Source of the DNA: an uncultured Planctomycetia bacterium
Lineage (GTDB): Bacteria; Omnitrophota; Gorgyraeia; Tantalellales; Tantalellaceae
Direction: 5' to 3'
Length of the DNA stretch: 64,000 nucleotides
Assembly (NCBI GenBank): GCA_964572255.1
Contig: CAZNEE010000001.1
Span: 395,587 to 459,586, forward strand
The notes below the pieces were generated by a model. The model ran no database searches, was not told the origin of the DNA, and was given only the letters and a program-made list of their open reading frames with translations. This document shows, one piece after another, positions 1-9,102 of the stretch (within the stretch, counting starts at the first letter, position 1; each line of letters begins with the position of its first letter). Both the position numbers and the translations under genes were made by a program.

Positions 1-1
1 A

Positions 2-658
2 GATTCACCTCCCAGTTTCGGGTTCTTGACGCTGAATTCCATGTACGCCGCCAATATGATAATTGTCCCGGTGGACCTGAGCTATTTTTCCTTTAACGGA
101 GTTGACAGCGTTTACAGGGTGGCCAATCTTTTAGAGACAGAAACCGGCAGAAAACCTTCGGTGCATTTCGTTCTGAATGTATATGATCAACGTTCCAACT
201 TTGCAAAGAGCTTCGAACAGGATGCAAAACGCAAACTTGGGTCATCGCTTTTCTCTACAAAAATACGTTCAAGCGTAAGGGTAAGGGAAGCGGCCAAGAC
301 CGGTAAAACGATTTTTGAACATGATTCGAAATGTTCGGCAGCGCTTGATTTTTACAATCTTATCAGCGAGATCCTTACAGTGGAAGAAAAAATCTCTGAG
401 ACTATCGTGAGGGAATTCGCGCTGAACGCTCCAAAAGCGGGATCCGTATATGTTCTTGGCGATTTCAACGGCTGGAAAAAAGCGGAAGCAAACCGTCTTG
501 CTAAGGTCGAAGACGGAAAATGGTCGGCTCATTTCAACATCAAAAGAGGGACATATAAATATAAGTTTTTAGTGGATGACAAGTGGATACACGATCCGGG
601 CAATCCAGATACCGAGAAGAACAATTTCGGCACGGTGGATTCTGTTCTTAAGATATAA
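2..658 (+). CDS. ParA/Soj-family ATPase fused to C-terminal CBM48/AMPK-beta-like glycogen-binding domain (5' part outside window)
   Basis: Frame open from base 2 reads DSPPSFGFLTLNSMYAA (ParA Walker B region), then IRSSVRVREA; C-terminus VYVLGDFNGW...YKYKFLVDDKWIHDP...NNFGTVDS matches CBM48. Confidence 0.85.
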   Translation, partial: DSPPSFGFLTLNSMYAANMIIVPVDLSYFSFNGVDSVYRVANLLETETGRKPSVHFVLNVYDQRSNFAKSFEQDAKRKLGSSLFSTKIRSSVRVREAAKTGKTIFEHDSKCSAALDFYNLISEILTVEEKISETIVREFALNAPKAGSVYVLGDFNGWKKAEANRLAKVEDGKWSAHFNIKRGTYKYKFLVDDKWIHDPGNPDTEKNNFGTVDSVLKI

Positions 659-722
659 GAGAACCGGTATGTGCGGATAGAAATAAGGGGGCGTTTCTTA
701 AAAAAGGAAACGCCCTTTAGTT

Positions 723-1139
723 ATGACAGCGTTTAATGTGACCCCCAGGAAAGAAAAAACCCTTCGCGAAAAGATGCGGCGTTTCGACGTTAAAGAAAGC
801 GATCTTATTGAGAGATTTGTAAGGTCATCGGGGCGCGGCGGGCAAAATGTCAATAAAGTTGCTACCTGTGTATATCTGAAACATAAGCCTACAGGGATAG
901 AAGTAAAGTGTTCCAGAGAACGTTCACAATCCTTAAATCGTTTTCTTGCCCGCAGGATACTTGTCCAAAAGATAGAGAATACGTTGCTCGGCAAGCTTTC
1001 CGAAGAAAGGAAGAGGATAGAGAAAATACGCAGGCAAAAACGCAAACGGTCCAAACGGGCTAAAGAAAAGATGCTTGAAGAGAAAAAAAAGCGGTCCGAG
1101 AAGAAGACATTGCGGAGAAAAGTGAAATTGGAAGAGTGA
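723..1139 (+). CDS. Peptide chain release factor-like ribosome rescue protein (GGQ domain plus basic tail)
   Basis: RSSGRGGQNVNK motif, ERSQSLNR, long K/R-rich C-terminal helix. Confidence 0.85.
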   Translation: MTAFNVTPRKEKTLREKMRRFDVKESDLIERFVRSSGRGGQNVNKVATCVYLKHKPTGIEVKCSRERSQSLNRFLARRILVQKIENTLLGKLSEERKRIEKIRRQKRKRSKRAKEKMLEEKKKRSEKKTLRRKVKLEE

Positions 1140-1152
1140 CACGGGAGGGATA

Positions 1153-2715
1153 ATGGCGAGGAAAATAAGAGACTCATGGGGTTCGCGTCTCGGCGTTATA
1201 ATGGCTGTTGCCGGTTCTGCTGTCGGTCTCGGTAATTTCTTAAGGTTTCCCGTTCAAGCTGCGAAAAACGGAGGAGGCGCTTTCATGATACCGTATTTTG
1301 TTGCGCTTCTTCTTGTCGGTATCCCGATCATGTGGGTTGAGTGGGCTATAGGCAGATACGGCGGCGGTTTTGAACATTCGACCGCGCCGGGAGTTTTTCA
1401 CAGTCTTTGGGAGAAGAACAGGTTCATAAAATATTTCGGCATCATCGGCATCTTCGGTCCGATGGTCATCCTTATTTACTATACTTACATCGAATCGTGG
1501 ACGCTTGCTTACAGTTTTTTCGCCCTTGTTCAGAAATATTCGGGCATAACCAGCCAATCGTCTATGCAGTCCTTTTTAATGGGGTTTCAGGGGCTTGAGA
1601 AAAATCAATATTTCACCAGTATCGCCCCCGCGTATATCTTTTTTGTCATAACTTTCATCATAAACATGGTGGTCCTGAATTACGGCATACGGGGAGGGAT
1701 AGAACGTTTTTGCAAATTTGCCATGCCGACACTTTTTATCTTCGGGATCATATTGGCAATAAGGGTTTTAACTTTAGGGACTCCGGATCCTTCTAAACCC
1801 GGATGGAATATTTTCAACGGATTGGGGTATTTGTGGAATCCCGATTTTTCCCAGCTAAAAAGCGCTAAGATATGGCTGGCAGCGACAGGCCAGATCTTCT
1901 TCACGCTGAGTGTTGGAATAGGCGTGATCCTGACTTATGCGAGTTATTTAAAAAAAGGGGACGATGTTGCGCTTTCAGGGCTCACCGCGGTAAGTACAAA
2001 TGAAATGGCGGAAGTAATACTCGGGGGCAGTATAATCATTCCGGCGGCTTTCGTGTTTTTCGGTCCCATGATGATAGGTAATATCGCAAATTCCGGGGCG
2101 TTTAACCTGGGCTTTGTGACCATGCCGCTTATTTTCGGACATATGCCGTTTTCGGAAGTGTTCGGCTTTTTATGGTTCGGGCTGTTATTTCTCGCGGGCG
2201 TCACTTCATCCGTATCTTTAGCCCAGCCGGCCATAGCTTTTATTGAGGATGAATTTAACCTCACGCGCAAAAAAGCGGTCGCGCTTTTTGGCGCTGTAAC
2301 ATTTTTACTTTGTAACGGAGCGATATTTTTTCTTGGAAAAGGCGTTGTGGATGAACTTGATTTCTGGGGAGGGACATTTTGTCTGGTCCTTTTCGCCACA
2401 ATAGAAGTCATACTTTTCGGCTGGATATTCGGCATTGAAAAAGCCTGGGAAGAAGTGCATCACGGAGCTGATATGCGCATACCGCGTGTTTATAAGTACA
2501 TTATTAAATATATTACCCCTGTTTTCCTCCTGGTAATTTTAGCCGCATGGTTTCTGCAGGAATGGCTGCCGATAATAGGAATGAGCAATGTTTCCGATGC
2601 GAACAGGCCTTACATCATGGCGACCCGAATAGGTTTAATTTTGCTTTTCCTTGTACTTGCCGTTCTCGTGAAGGTCGCCTGGAAGAAAAGGGAAGTGAAG
2701 AGGGGGAAAAAATGA
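1153..2715 (+). CDS. Sodium-dependent transporter, NSS/SNF (LeuT-like) family
   Basis: AGSAVGLGNFLRFP, NGGGAFMIPY, GQIFFTLSVG motifs; many hydrophobic segments; SD GGAGG. Confidence 0.95.
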   Translation: MARKIRDSWGSRLGVIMAVAGSAVGLGNFLRFPVQAAKNGGGAFMIPYFVALLLVGIPIMWVEWAIGRYGGGFEHSTAPGVFHSLWEKNRFIKYFGIIGIFGPMVILIYYTYIESWTLAYSFFALVQKYSGITSQSSMQSFLMGFQGLEKNQYFTSIAPAYIFFVITFIINMVVLNYGIRGGIERFCKFAMPTLFIFGIILAIRVLTLGTPDPSKPGWNIFNGLGYLWNPDFSQLKSAKIWLAATGQIFFTLSVGIGVILTYASYLKKGDDVALSGLTAVSTNEMAEVILGGSIIIPAAFVFFGPMMIGNIANSGAFNLGFVTMPLIFGHMPFSEVFGFLWFGLLFLAGVTSSVSLAQPAIAFIEDEFNLTRKKAVALFGAVTFLLCNGAIFFLGKGVVDELDFWGGTFCLVLFATIEVILFGWIFGIEKAWEEVHHGADMRIPRVYKYIIKYITPVFLLVILAAWFLQEWLPIIGMSNVSDANRPYIMATRIGLILLFLVLAVLVKVAWKKREVKRGKK

Positions 2716-2816
2716 CGGTTTTTGGCTGGATTTTCATTTTTATGTCATGGACGGCGATATTGATCCTTTCTTTTTTCTGTTTTTCAAAGATTTTCAGGAA
2801 AAAGAAGCTGGATTAA
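2712..2816 (+). CDS. 34-aa single-TM protein, probable NSS transporter small subunit (MetS-like)
   Basis: ATGA overlap with the transporter stop, purine-rich SD; MTVFGWIFIFMSWTAILILSFFCFSKIFRKKKLD. Confidence 0.65.
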   Translation: MTVFGWIFIFMSWTAILILSFFCFSKIFRKKKLD

Positions 2817-2842
2817 AAATATTTTTGCATTTTGGAGAGAAT

Positions 2843-2851
2843 TGTTATAAT
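2843..2851 (+). promoter_or_regulatory. Extended -10 sigma70-type promoter for the PC4-like/PilZ genes
   Basis: TGTTATAAT in an AT-rich intergenic region. Confidence 0.5.
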
Positions 2852-2908
2852 ATATAAACATATAAATATTACGCATTAAAATAATACTCTAGAAAAAAGG
2901 GGGCATAA

Positions 2909-3142
2909 ATGGAAAAAGATGTCGCTTCTTTTGAAAAAAACAAGTACCAGGATATCAAAGTCCGCATATCTGAATTCCAGGGCAATGATGTTATTGACAT
3001 CCGCATCTGGACACAACCTCCGCAGGGCGAGGAGAAAGTGCCGACAGGTAAGGGGATCAATATCAATGTAAAGCTTTTTCCTAAGCTTAAAGAGGCTATC
3101 GAAAAGCTGGAGAAAGAGCTTAAAGACAGTAGCATGATTTAA
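2909..3142 (+). CDS. PC4/YdbC-family ssDNA-binding protein
   Basis: VRISEFQGNDVIDIRIW...PTGKGINI pattern typical of the PC4 domain. Confidence 0.85.
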   Translation: MEKDVASFEKNKYQDIKVRISEFQGNDVIDIRIWTQPPQGEEKVPTGKGININVKLFPKLKEAIEKLEKELKDSSMI

Positions 3143-3164
3143 AACAGAATGAAAAGGAAAATGT

Positions 3165-3602
3165 ATGGTAGAAGGTAAAGAAAAAAGACGTTTTATCAGA
3201 CATCTTTTGGTCAATCCTCTCGAGTTCCAAGTTGCCGAAGAAGAGCCGGAAAGAACAGAGACGGTCAATGTTTCCGAAGGCGGGCTTATGTTCATGTCGA
3301 AAAAGGATGTTCCCGCGGAAACCCCGATCAAGATACAGATGCCTCTTTACGATAAAGTTTTTCAAATAAAGGCAATCGTTGTGCACAGCACCAAGGACGA
3401 AACTGCCGGGCTGTACAAGATAGGAGTTAAGTTCGAAAGTTTCGCTGACGCGTTCAAGGTTAAACTTATCGAGCAGATATACTTGATCGAAGAATACAGG
3501 ATACTCAGGTCGCTTCAGCTTGGCAAAGAGCTCAGTTTACAGGAAGCGTCAAAAGAATGGATCAAGAGATACTCCAAACGGTTCGAAAAGCTGTACTGGT
3601 AA
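3165..3602 (+). CDS. PilZ-domain protein with helical C-terminal extension
   Basis: RRFIR (RxxxR) and NVSEGG ([D/N]xSxxG) c-di-GMP motifs; IGVKF end of barrel. Confidence 0.85.
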   Translation: MVEGKEKRRFIRHLLVNPLEFQVAEEEPERTETVNVSEGGLMFMSKKDVPAETPIKIQMPLYDKVFQIKAIVVHSTKDETAGLYKIGVKFESFADAFKVKLIEQIYLIEEYRILRSLQLGKELSLQEASKEWIKRYSKRFEKLYW

Positions 3603-3625
3603 TTAATTAAGGTTTGTTAAGTTTT

Positions 3626-3666
3626 AAAAAGCCGGTTTCATTATTTATAGTGGAACCGGCTTTTTT
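3626..3666 (+). terminator. Intrinsic terminator
   Basis: AAAAAGCCGGTTTCA...TGGAACCGGC followed by TTTTTT. Confidence 0.8.
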
Positions 3667-3718
3667 ATTATCCCGCCAATAATATTTTTTCAGAAAAAAA
3701 TCAGCCTTGAGATAATAT

Positions 3719-3747
3719 TTGACAAAATATACTTGTATATGTATACT
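3719..3747 (+). promoter_or_regulatory. Sigma70-type promoter of the dcw cluster
   Basis: TTGACA (3719-3724), 17-bp spacer, TATACT (3742-3747). Confidence 0.8.
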
Positions 3748-3758
3748 TTTTAGTAGAT

Positions 3759-3785
3759 AGTGGAGTAAAGTGGAGGAGAGTAGAG
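3759..3785 (+). promoter_or_regulatory. MraZ-binding direct repeats
   Basis: AGTGGAG/AGTGGAG/AGTAGAG at 10-bp period directly before mraZ. Confidence 0.7.
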
Positions 3786-4225
3786 TGTTCTACGGAGAGT
3801 ATTCACATACGCTTGATAAGAAAGGACGTTTGATAATTCCGTCCAGATTCCGCGATGTTATCAAGGACAGCGGCATAGAAAAATTGTATGTGACGCGCGG
3901 GTTGGACGAGTGTCTTTTCATATTTTCAGAAGATGAGTGGAGAGTTCAGGAAAATAAATTCAAGTCGATGTCTTTCACAAAAAGAGAAGTAAGAAAGTTC
4001 AGAAGGCTTTTCTTTTCAGGCGCGATCGAAACGGCTCCGGATAAACAATGGCGGATATTGATCCCTGATTATCTTAAAGAGTATGCACATCTTTCCAGGA
4101 GTATTGTTATTATCGGCGTGTCAAACCGTATCGAAGTATGGGACAAAAAGAAATGGAAAGATTTCTATACCACCACCAAAGAAAATTACGAAGATATAGC
4201 TGAGGGGATAATTGAGCCCGAATAA
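3785..4225 (+). CDS. mraZ: Division/cell wall cluster transcriptional repressor MraZ
   Basis: GTG start giving MFYGEYSHTLDKKGRLIIP; second repeat DKQWRILIP; IGVSNRIEVW. Confidence 0.95.
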   Translation: MFYGEYSHTLDKKGRLIIPSRFRDVIKDSGIEKLYVTRGLDECLFIFSEDEWRVQENKFKSMSFTKREVRKFRRLFFSGAIETAPDKQWRILIPDYLKEYAHLSRSIVIIGVSNRIEVWDKKKWKDFYTTTKENYEDIAEGIIEPE

Positions 4226-4233
4226 AAGATGAG

Positions 4234-4443
4234 TTGCCAAGGGGGAAGGGCATGTACAGAAGATACGCGGTCAAATTTCACAACAAGAAAGCTGAATTCA
4301 TCAATTGCGTGAATATGGTCGAAAGAGAAAAAAAGGCAAGAGCGCTCCATTCGGGAATGTCACATCTTGGCGTTAGAAGATACGTCCTTTCCTCAAGCGG
4401 TATCGGGAAAAAAGGGTTTATCAGGATCAAAGATTGTAAATAA
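4234..4443 (+). CDS. Small basic hypothetical protein (start uncertain)
   Basis: Fills the mraZ-rsmH gap on the operon strand; no recognised motif. Confidence 0.35.
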   Translation: MPRGKGMYRRYAVKFHNKKAEFINCVNMVEREKKARALHSGMSHLGVRRYVLSSSGIGKKGFIRIKDCK

Positions 4444-4463
4444 ATATATAAAAAGGGGCAAGC

Positions 4464-4646
4464 ATGAAAAAGTATCTTCAAGCATGCGAGGTCGGAGGAT
4501 CGATTTACGGGAAGAAGCGGCAGACAAAAATGCATACTGACCAGGGCAAGAACAAAGTCTTAAAACAGGATGTCATGACTGTCTATAACAAGTTTTACAA
4601 GGATCAGGTTGCCGCTTTATATAAAGCGATCCACAACAGCAAATAA
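4464..4646 (+). CDS. Small hypothetical protein, 60 aa
   Basis: SD AGGGG before ATG; ends 7 bp before rsmH. Confidence 0.55.
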   Translation: MKKYLQACEVGGSIYGKKRQTKMHTDQGKNKVLKQDVMTVYNKFYKDQVAALYKAIHNSK

Positions 4647-4653
4647 ACATTAA

Positions 4654-5535
4654 ATGCATTTTCCGGTACTTTTAGAAGAAGTTATCTTTAATCTTAAACC
4701 GGAAGTCGGAGATATTATCCTGGATGCTACAGCGGGCGGCGGGGGCCACGCCAGAGCGATACTCGAGAAAATAGCGCCGGGAGGGAAACTTATCACCCTT
4801 GATAGGGATCAAGAAGCCGTCCGGAGGGTCCGAGAGGAACTAAAAGATTTCCAGGAGAACCTTGTAGCTTTAAACGAAAATTTTAAGAATGTAGACAAAG
4901 TTCTTGATTCTTGTAATATAGACCGCATTGACGGAGCGCTTTTTGATCTTGGCATGTCTTCATTTCAGCTTGATGAGCCCGAAAGAGGGTTCAGTTTTTC
5001 CAAAGACGGTTCTCTTGATATGAGGTTCAATACCTCGGAAGGCATGACGGCCTGCGATGTCGTGAATAAATTCAGCATGGCGGATCTGGCCCAGATCATA
5101 AAAAAATACGGGGAAGAACGGCATTCAAAGTTAGTCGCGAAAGCGATCGTTGAATACAGGAGATCCGGGCGGATTCAGACGACAGGTGAATTGGCTGAGA
5201 TCATAAATAAAGCAATAGGCCGGAAATATTCAAGGCTTAAGCTGCATCCGGCGGCAAGAACGTTTCAGGCTTTACGGATATACGTGAATGATGAACTCGG
5301 CGCTCTGGAAGAGGGGGTAAAGAAAGCTTTATCCTTTTTGAGCCCCACAGCAAGGATTTGCGTTATCTCGTTTCATTCTCTTGAAGATAGAATAGTCAAA
5401 AACATCTTCAGGACGATGGCGAGAGTGGGCGATCTGGAGCTCGTGGTAAAAAAGCCTGTAAGGCCGAGCGAGGGGGAAATTGATGAAAATCCCCGGTCAA
5501 GAAGCGCTAAGTTAAGAGTAGCGGAAAAATTATAA
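4654..5535 (+). CDS. rsmH: 16S rRNA m4C1402 methyltransferase RsmH
   Basis: HFPVLL, DATAGGGGH, DLGMSSFQLD, ISFHSLEDRIVK, NPRSRSAKLR. Confidence 0.97.
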   Translation: MHFPVLLEEVIFNLKPEVGDIILDATAGGGGHARAILEKIAPGGKLITLDRDQEAVRRVREELKDFQENLVALNENFKNVDKVLDSCNIDRIDGALFDLGMSSFQLDEPERGFSFSKDGSLDMRFNTSEGMTACDVVNKFSMADLAQIIKKYGEERHSKLVAKAIVEYRRSGRIQTTGELAEIINKAIGRKYSRLKLHPAARTFQALRIYVNDELGALEEGVKKALSFLSPTARICVISFHSLEDRIVKNIFRTMARVGDLELVVKKPVRPSEGEIDENPRSRSAKLRVAEKL

Positions 5536-5897
5536 TGAAAATATCAAAATTTATTACTATAGGGACCATAATTACAATAATATCTATCGGATATGTTCAC
5601 CAAAGAACAGAAATGATAAAATTGGGATATGCCCTCCAGGACAACAGGATCAAGCTGGCCACTCTCGTTGACCAGAATTCCAAATTAATGTATAATCTTT
5701 CCAAACTGGAATCTCCAAGGACTTTACTCGCTTCATTAGATTGTGAGCAGATAAAATTTGCAAATCACCGGCAGCGGCAAGAGGAAAGTTACCAGCTTAC
5801 CGGCTCAGAGGCCCAGAAAATAAGTTCGACAGAGGCTATCTTTGGACGTTTTTTGGACCTCTTTACTTTAAATGCTGAAGCGAGACCTCGCAAGTAA
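5535..5897 (+). CDS. ftsL: FtsL-like cell division protein
   Basis: Single N-terminal TM, coiled coil ending LESP, position between rsmH and ftsI. Confidence 0.65.
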   Translation: MKISKFITIGTIITIISIGYVHQRTEMIKLGYALQDNRIKLATLVDQNSKLMYNLSKLESPRTLLASLDCEQIKFANHRQRQEESYQLTGSEAQKISSTEAIFGRFLDLFTLNAEARPRK

Positions 5898-5951
5898 TTC
5901 TTTCACAAGAGGTAAAAAGCTCTATTCCTAAATACTTATTTGCGGAGCGGA

Positions 5952-7640
5952 ATGTTCAAGACACGCCAATATTTTATATTTTTCATCTTAATATTAATTT
6001 TATTCTTCTTATTTGCAAGATTGGCCTATCTGCAGGTTATAAATCGCAAGAAATTCTCAGAGTTAGCCTCCGACCAGCACAACAGTATAATAAAAGTCGA
6101 GCCGAGAAGGGGGACGATATATGACAGGTTCATGGAACCCTTGGCGATCAATCTTGATGTCCCGAGTATTTATGCTGATCCCCGCAGCATCCATGACAAG
6201 AAGTATGTCTCAGATAAGCTTTCCGGTATATTGAACATGAACAGCTCCGTTTTACTCGAAAGATTACAGAAGGATAAGGCTTTTGTCTGGGTAAAACGCA
6301 AAGTCAGCGCCCAAGAGGCGGAGAAGGTGAGGGTGCTCAAACTTGAAGGCGTGAATTTTGTAACGGAGAGTAAACGGCACTATCCGAATGATTCCATGGC
6401 CTGCCATGTTATAGGATTTGCCGGCATCGACAACGAGGGGCTTGAGGGGCTGGAGTTATCATTGAATGATGAGCTTAAGGGGCAGCATGGCTGGAGGTCA
6501 CTTGTCAGGGACGCGAAACGAAGAACAGTTCTTTTTAATGAAAGGGAATCTGTGCCGCCGCAAGACGGTTATAATGTGATCCTTACAATAGATAGTGTGA
6601 TACAATACATTGTAGAGGAAGAAATAAAGGCCATGGCCGAAAAGTATAATGCTTCCTCTGCTTCGTGTGTTGTGATGGAACCTTCAACCGGCAGGATACT
6701 TGCATTGTGCAACTATCCGGGTTTTGATCTTAACTCATTCGGACAGGTGCCTAAAGAAGGGGTCAAAAATGATCCCGTATCCAGCGTTTTTGAACCGGGA
6801 AGCGTTTTCAAGGTCGTTACTGCCGGCGCGTCATTAAACGAGATCGCGGTTGACCCTGAAGAGGAATTTGATTGTGAGAACGGTACCTACAACGTCGGCG
6901 GAAGGATATTGCATGATTACCACCCGTATGGGATATTATCCTTTAAAGAGGTTATTTCAAAATCAAGTAATATAGGCACGGTAAAAGCCGCGTACAAACT
7001 CGGCGATAAGAAATTATATGAATATATAAGAAAATTCGGTTTTGGCGAAAAGACCGGGATCGATCTGCCGGGAGAAGTAGAGGGCATTGTGAGGCCCCCG
7101 TCAACATGGTCAAGAAGCGACATGACAACGATACCTATCGGTCAGGGTATAGCCGTTACTACCATCCAGCTGGCCTGTACGGCAAGTACAATAGCTAATG
7201 GCGGGCTTCTCATGAAGCCGTATATTATCGATAAGATAACTACATGGGAGAACGAGACATTCAGAAAGAACGGTTCCGAACTTAAACGCCGTGTTTTAGA
7301 CGAAGTCACTTGTAACAGGATGAAAAATATAATGCATGAGGTGGTGTTAAACGGGACAGGAAGAAGGGCCGCTTCAAAGATCTACGAGTTTTGCGGAAAA
7401 ACCGGGACAGCGCAGGCAGTTGATCCAAATGGCGGATATTATCCGAATAAATACAACGCTACCTTTATAGGATTTGCTCCCAAAGAAAGACCTTTGGTCA
7501 GTATAGTTGTCACGGCCTATGATCCCCATCCTGTTCATTTCGGCGGGAGTGTGGCGGGGCCGGCTTTCAAGAGAATAGCGGAGCGCACGCTGCAGTATTT
7601 AAAAACAAATGTTCCTATAGCGGAACATGCTGATAATTAA
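5952..7640 (+). CDS. ftsI: Class B PBP (PBP3/FtsI)
   Basis: RRGTIYDR, EPGSVFK (SxxK), SSN, KTGT; dcw position. Confidence 0.92.
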   Translation: MFKTRQYFIFFILILILFFLFARLAYLQVINRKKFSELASDQHNSIIKVEPRRGTIYDRFMEPLAINLDVPSIYADPRSIHDKKYVSDKLSGILNMNSSVLLERLQKDKAFVWVKRKVSAQEAEKVRVLKLEGVNFVTESKRHYPNDSMACHVIGFAGIDNEGLEGLELSLNDELKGQHGWRSLVRDAKRRTVLFNERESVPPQDGYNVILTIDSVIQYIVEEEIKAMAEKYNASSASCVVMEPSTGRILALCNYPGFDLNSFGQVPKEGVKNDPVSSVFEPGSVFKVVTAGASLNEIAVDPEEEFDCENGTYNVGGRILHDYHPYGILSFKEVISKSSNIGTVKAAYKLGDKKLYEYIRKFGFGEKTGIDLPGEVEGIVRPPSTWSRSDMTTIPIGQGIAVTTIQLACTASTIANGGLLMKPYIIDKITTWENETFRKNGSELKRRVLDEVTCNRMKNIMHEVVLNGTGRRAASKIYEFCGKTGTAQAVDPNGGYYPNKYNATFIGFAPKERPLVSIVVTAYDPHPVHFGGSVAGPAFKRIAERTLQYLKTNVPIAEHADN

Positions 7641-9102
7641 TAAAAAAATGTATAACACGATCGAAAAAATATTAAAACAAACCCCGTTCAATAAGGATAA
7701 CGTAAAGACTGACTCAAGGAAAGTTGCCCCCGGCGATATTTTTGTTGCGATAAAAGGCACGAGATATGATGGCCATGATTATATTCTTGGAGCGTTGAAA
7801 AAAGGCGCAAAACTTGTATTGTGCGAGGAAGAAATTGCCGGCCTGTCAGACGATGACAGAAAAAAAGTCATCAGAGTCGAAGACACTAAAAAAACTCTGG
7901 CGCTTATTGCCAAACATGTTTTTAACGACCCGTCCAATTCACTCAAGGTATATGGGATAACAGGAACTAACGGTAAAACCACGACAGCGTTTCTGATAGA
8001 TAAGATCCTTAATACAGCGGGCACGGACTCCGGGTTCATAACAACAGTTTTCACCAAGACAGCGGGTGAGGAAGTGACGCGTTCATCGATGACAACGCCT
8101 GATTCCGTGACGCTCAACAGTTTGTTAAGAGATATGGCCGCAAACGGCAAGAAAGCCGCTGTGATGGAAGTTTCAAGCCATGCGCTTGATCAGGAGAGGG
8201 TATGCGGGATCGAATTTGCGAGCGCGGTATTTACGAACATTACCCCGGAGCACCTGGATTATCACGGCAGTATGGAGAAATATCTTAAGGATAAGTCCAG
8301 GATATTTGAAAACTTGAAGGCAAACAGCATAGCGGTGCTTAATCAGGATGACCAGTCCGTCAGGAGCATCAAAAGTGCGATAACCGGCAGGGTAGTCACT
8401 TTCGGCATAAAGGAAAGAGCCGATATAATCGCCAGGAACATAAAATTATCATCCGACGGTACTTCTTTTGATCTTATTATTGATAATGCAGGTTCATTAC
8501 ATGTTGAGACAAAACTGATCGGCGAGCATAATGTTTATAATATTCTGGCGTCTGTAGCAGCGCTCGTTGATAGCGGTATCGATCTAAGTGTTTTCGAAAA
8601 GGCGCTGAATGAAGCTGTATCGGTCCCCGGCAGGCTGGAACTGGTTACGGATAAAACCCCTTTTCGGATTTTCGTGGATTATGCGCATACACCTGACGCT
8701 TTGGAGAATGTTTTAAAGTGTCTTAAAGATCTGAGTGAAAACCGGCTTATGTGTGTTTTTGGTTGCGGCGGAGACCGGGATAAGACCAAAAGGCCTGTTA
8801 TGGGGGAAATAGCCAGCAGGATATGCGACAAGGTTATAATAACAAGTGATAATCCGAGAACAGAGGATCCGCGCCAGATCATAAACCAGATCGAAAAAGG
8901 CGTGCTCAAGGGTGCGGACTATAGTATAATATTAGATAGAAAAAAAGCTATCTTTGAGGCAATTGATAAGGCAAAAGAAAAGGATATTATCGTTATCGCG
9001 GGCAAGGGGCACGAGGACTATCAGATCATAGGCGATAAGGTGTTAGAGTTCGACGATAAAAAAGTCGCCCTTGAAATACTAAAAGAATTAAAGTATATAT
9101 AG
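7627..9102 (+). CDS. murE: UDP-MurNAc-tripeptide synthetase MurE (meso-DAP type); start may be 7648
   Basis: GTNGKTT, MEVSSHAL, DYAHTPD, DNPR specificity motif, AGKGHE. Confidence 0.96.
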   Translation: MLIINKKMYNTIEKILKQTPFNKDNVKTDSRKVAPGDIFVAIKGTRYDGHDYILGALKKGAKLVLCEEEIAGLSDDDRKKVIRVEDTKKTLALIAKHVFNDPSNSLKVYGITGTNGKTTTAFLIDKILNTAGTDSGFITTVFTKTAGEEVTRSSMTTPDSVTLNSLLRDMAANGKKAAVMEVSSHALDQERVCGIEFASAVFTNITPEHLDYHGSMEKYLKDKSRIFENLKANSIAVLNQDDQSVRSIKSAITGRVVTFGIKERADIIARNIKLSSDGTSFDLIIDNAGSLHVETKLIGEHNVYNILASVAALVDSGIDLSVFEKALNEAVSVPGRLELVTDKTPFRIFVDYAHTPDALENVLKCLKDLSENRLMCVFGCGGDRDKTKRPVMGEIASRICDKVIITSDNPRTEDPRQIINQIEKGVLKGADYSIILDRKKAIFEAIDKAKEKDIIVIAGKGHEDYQIIGDKVLEFDDKKVALEILKELKYI

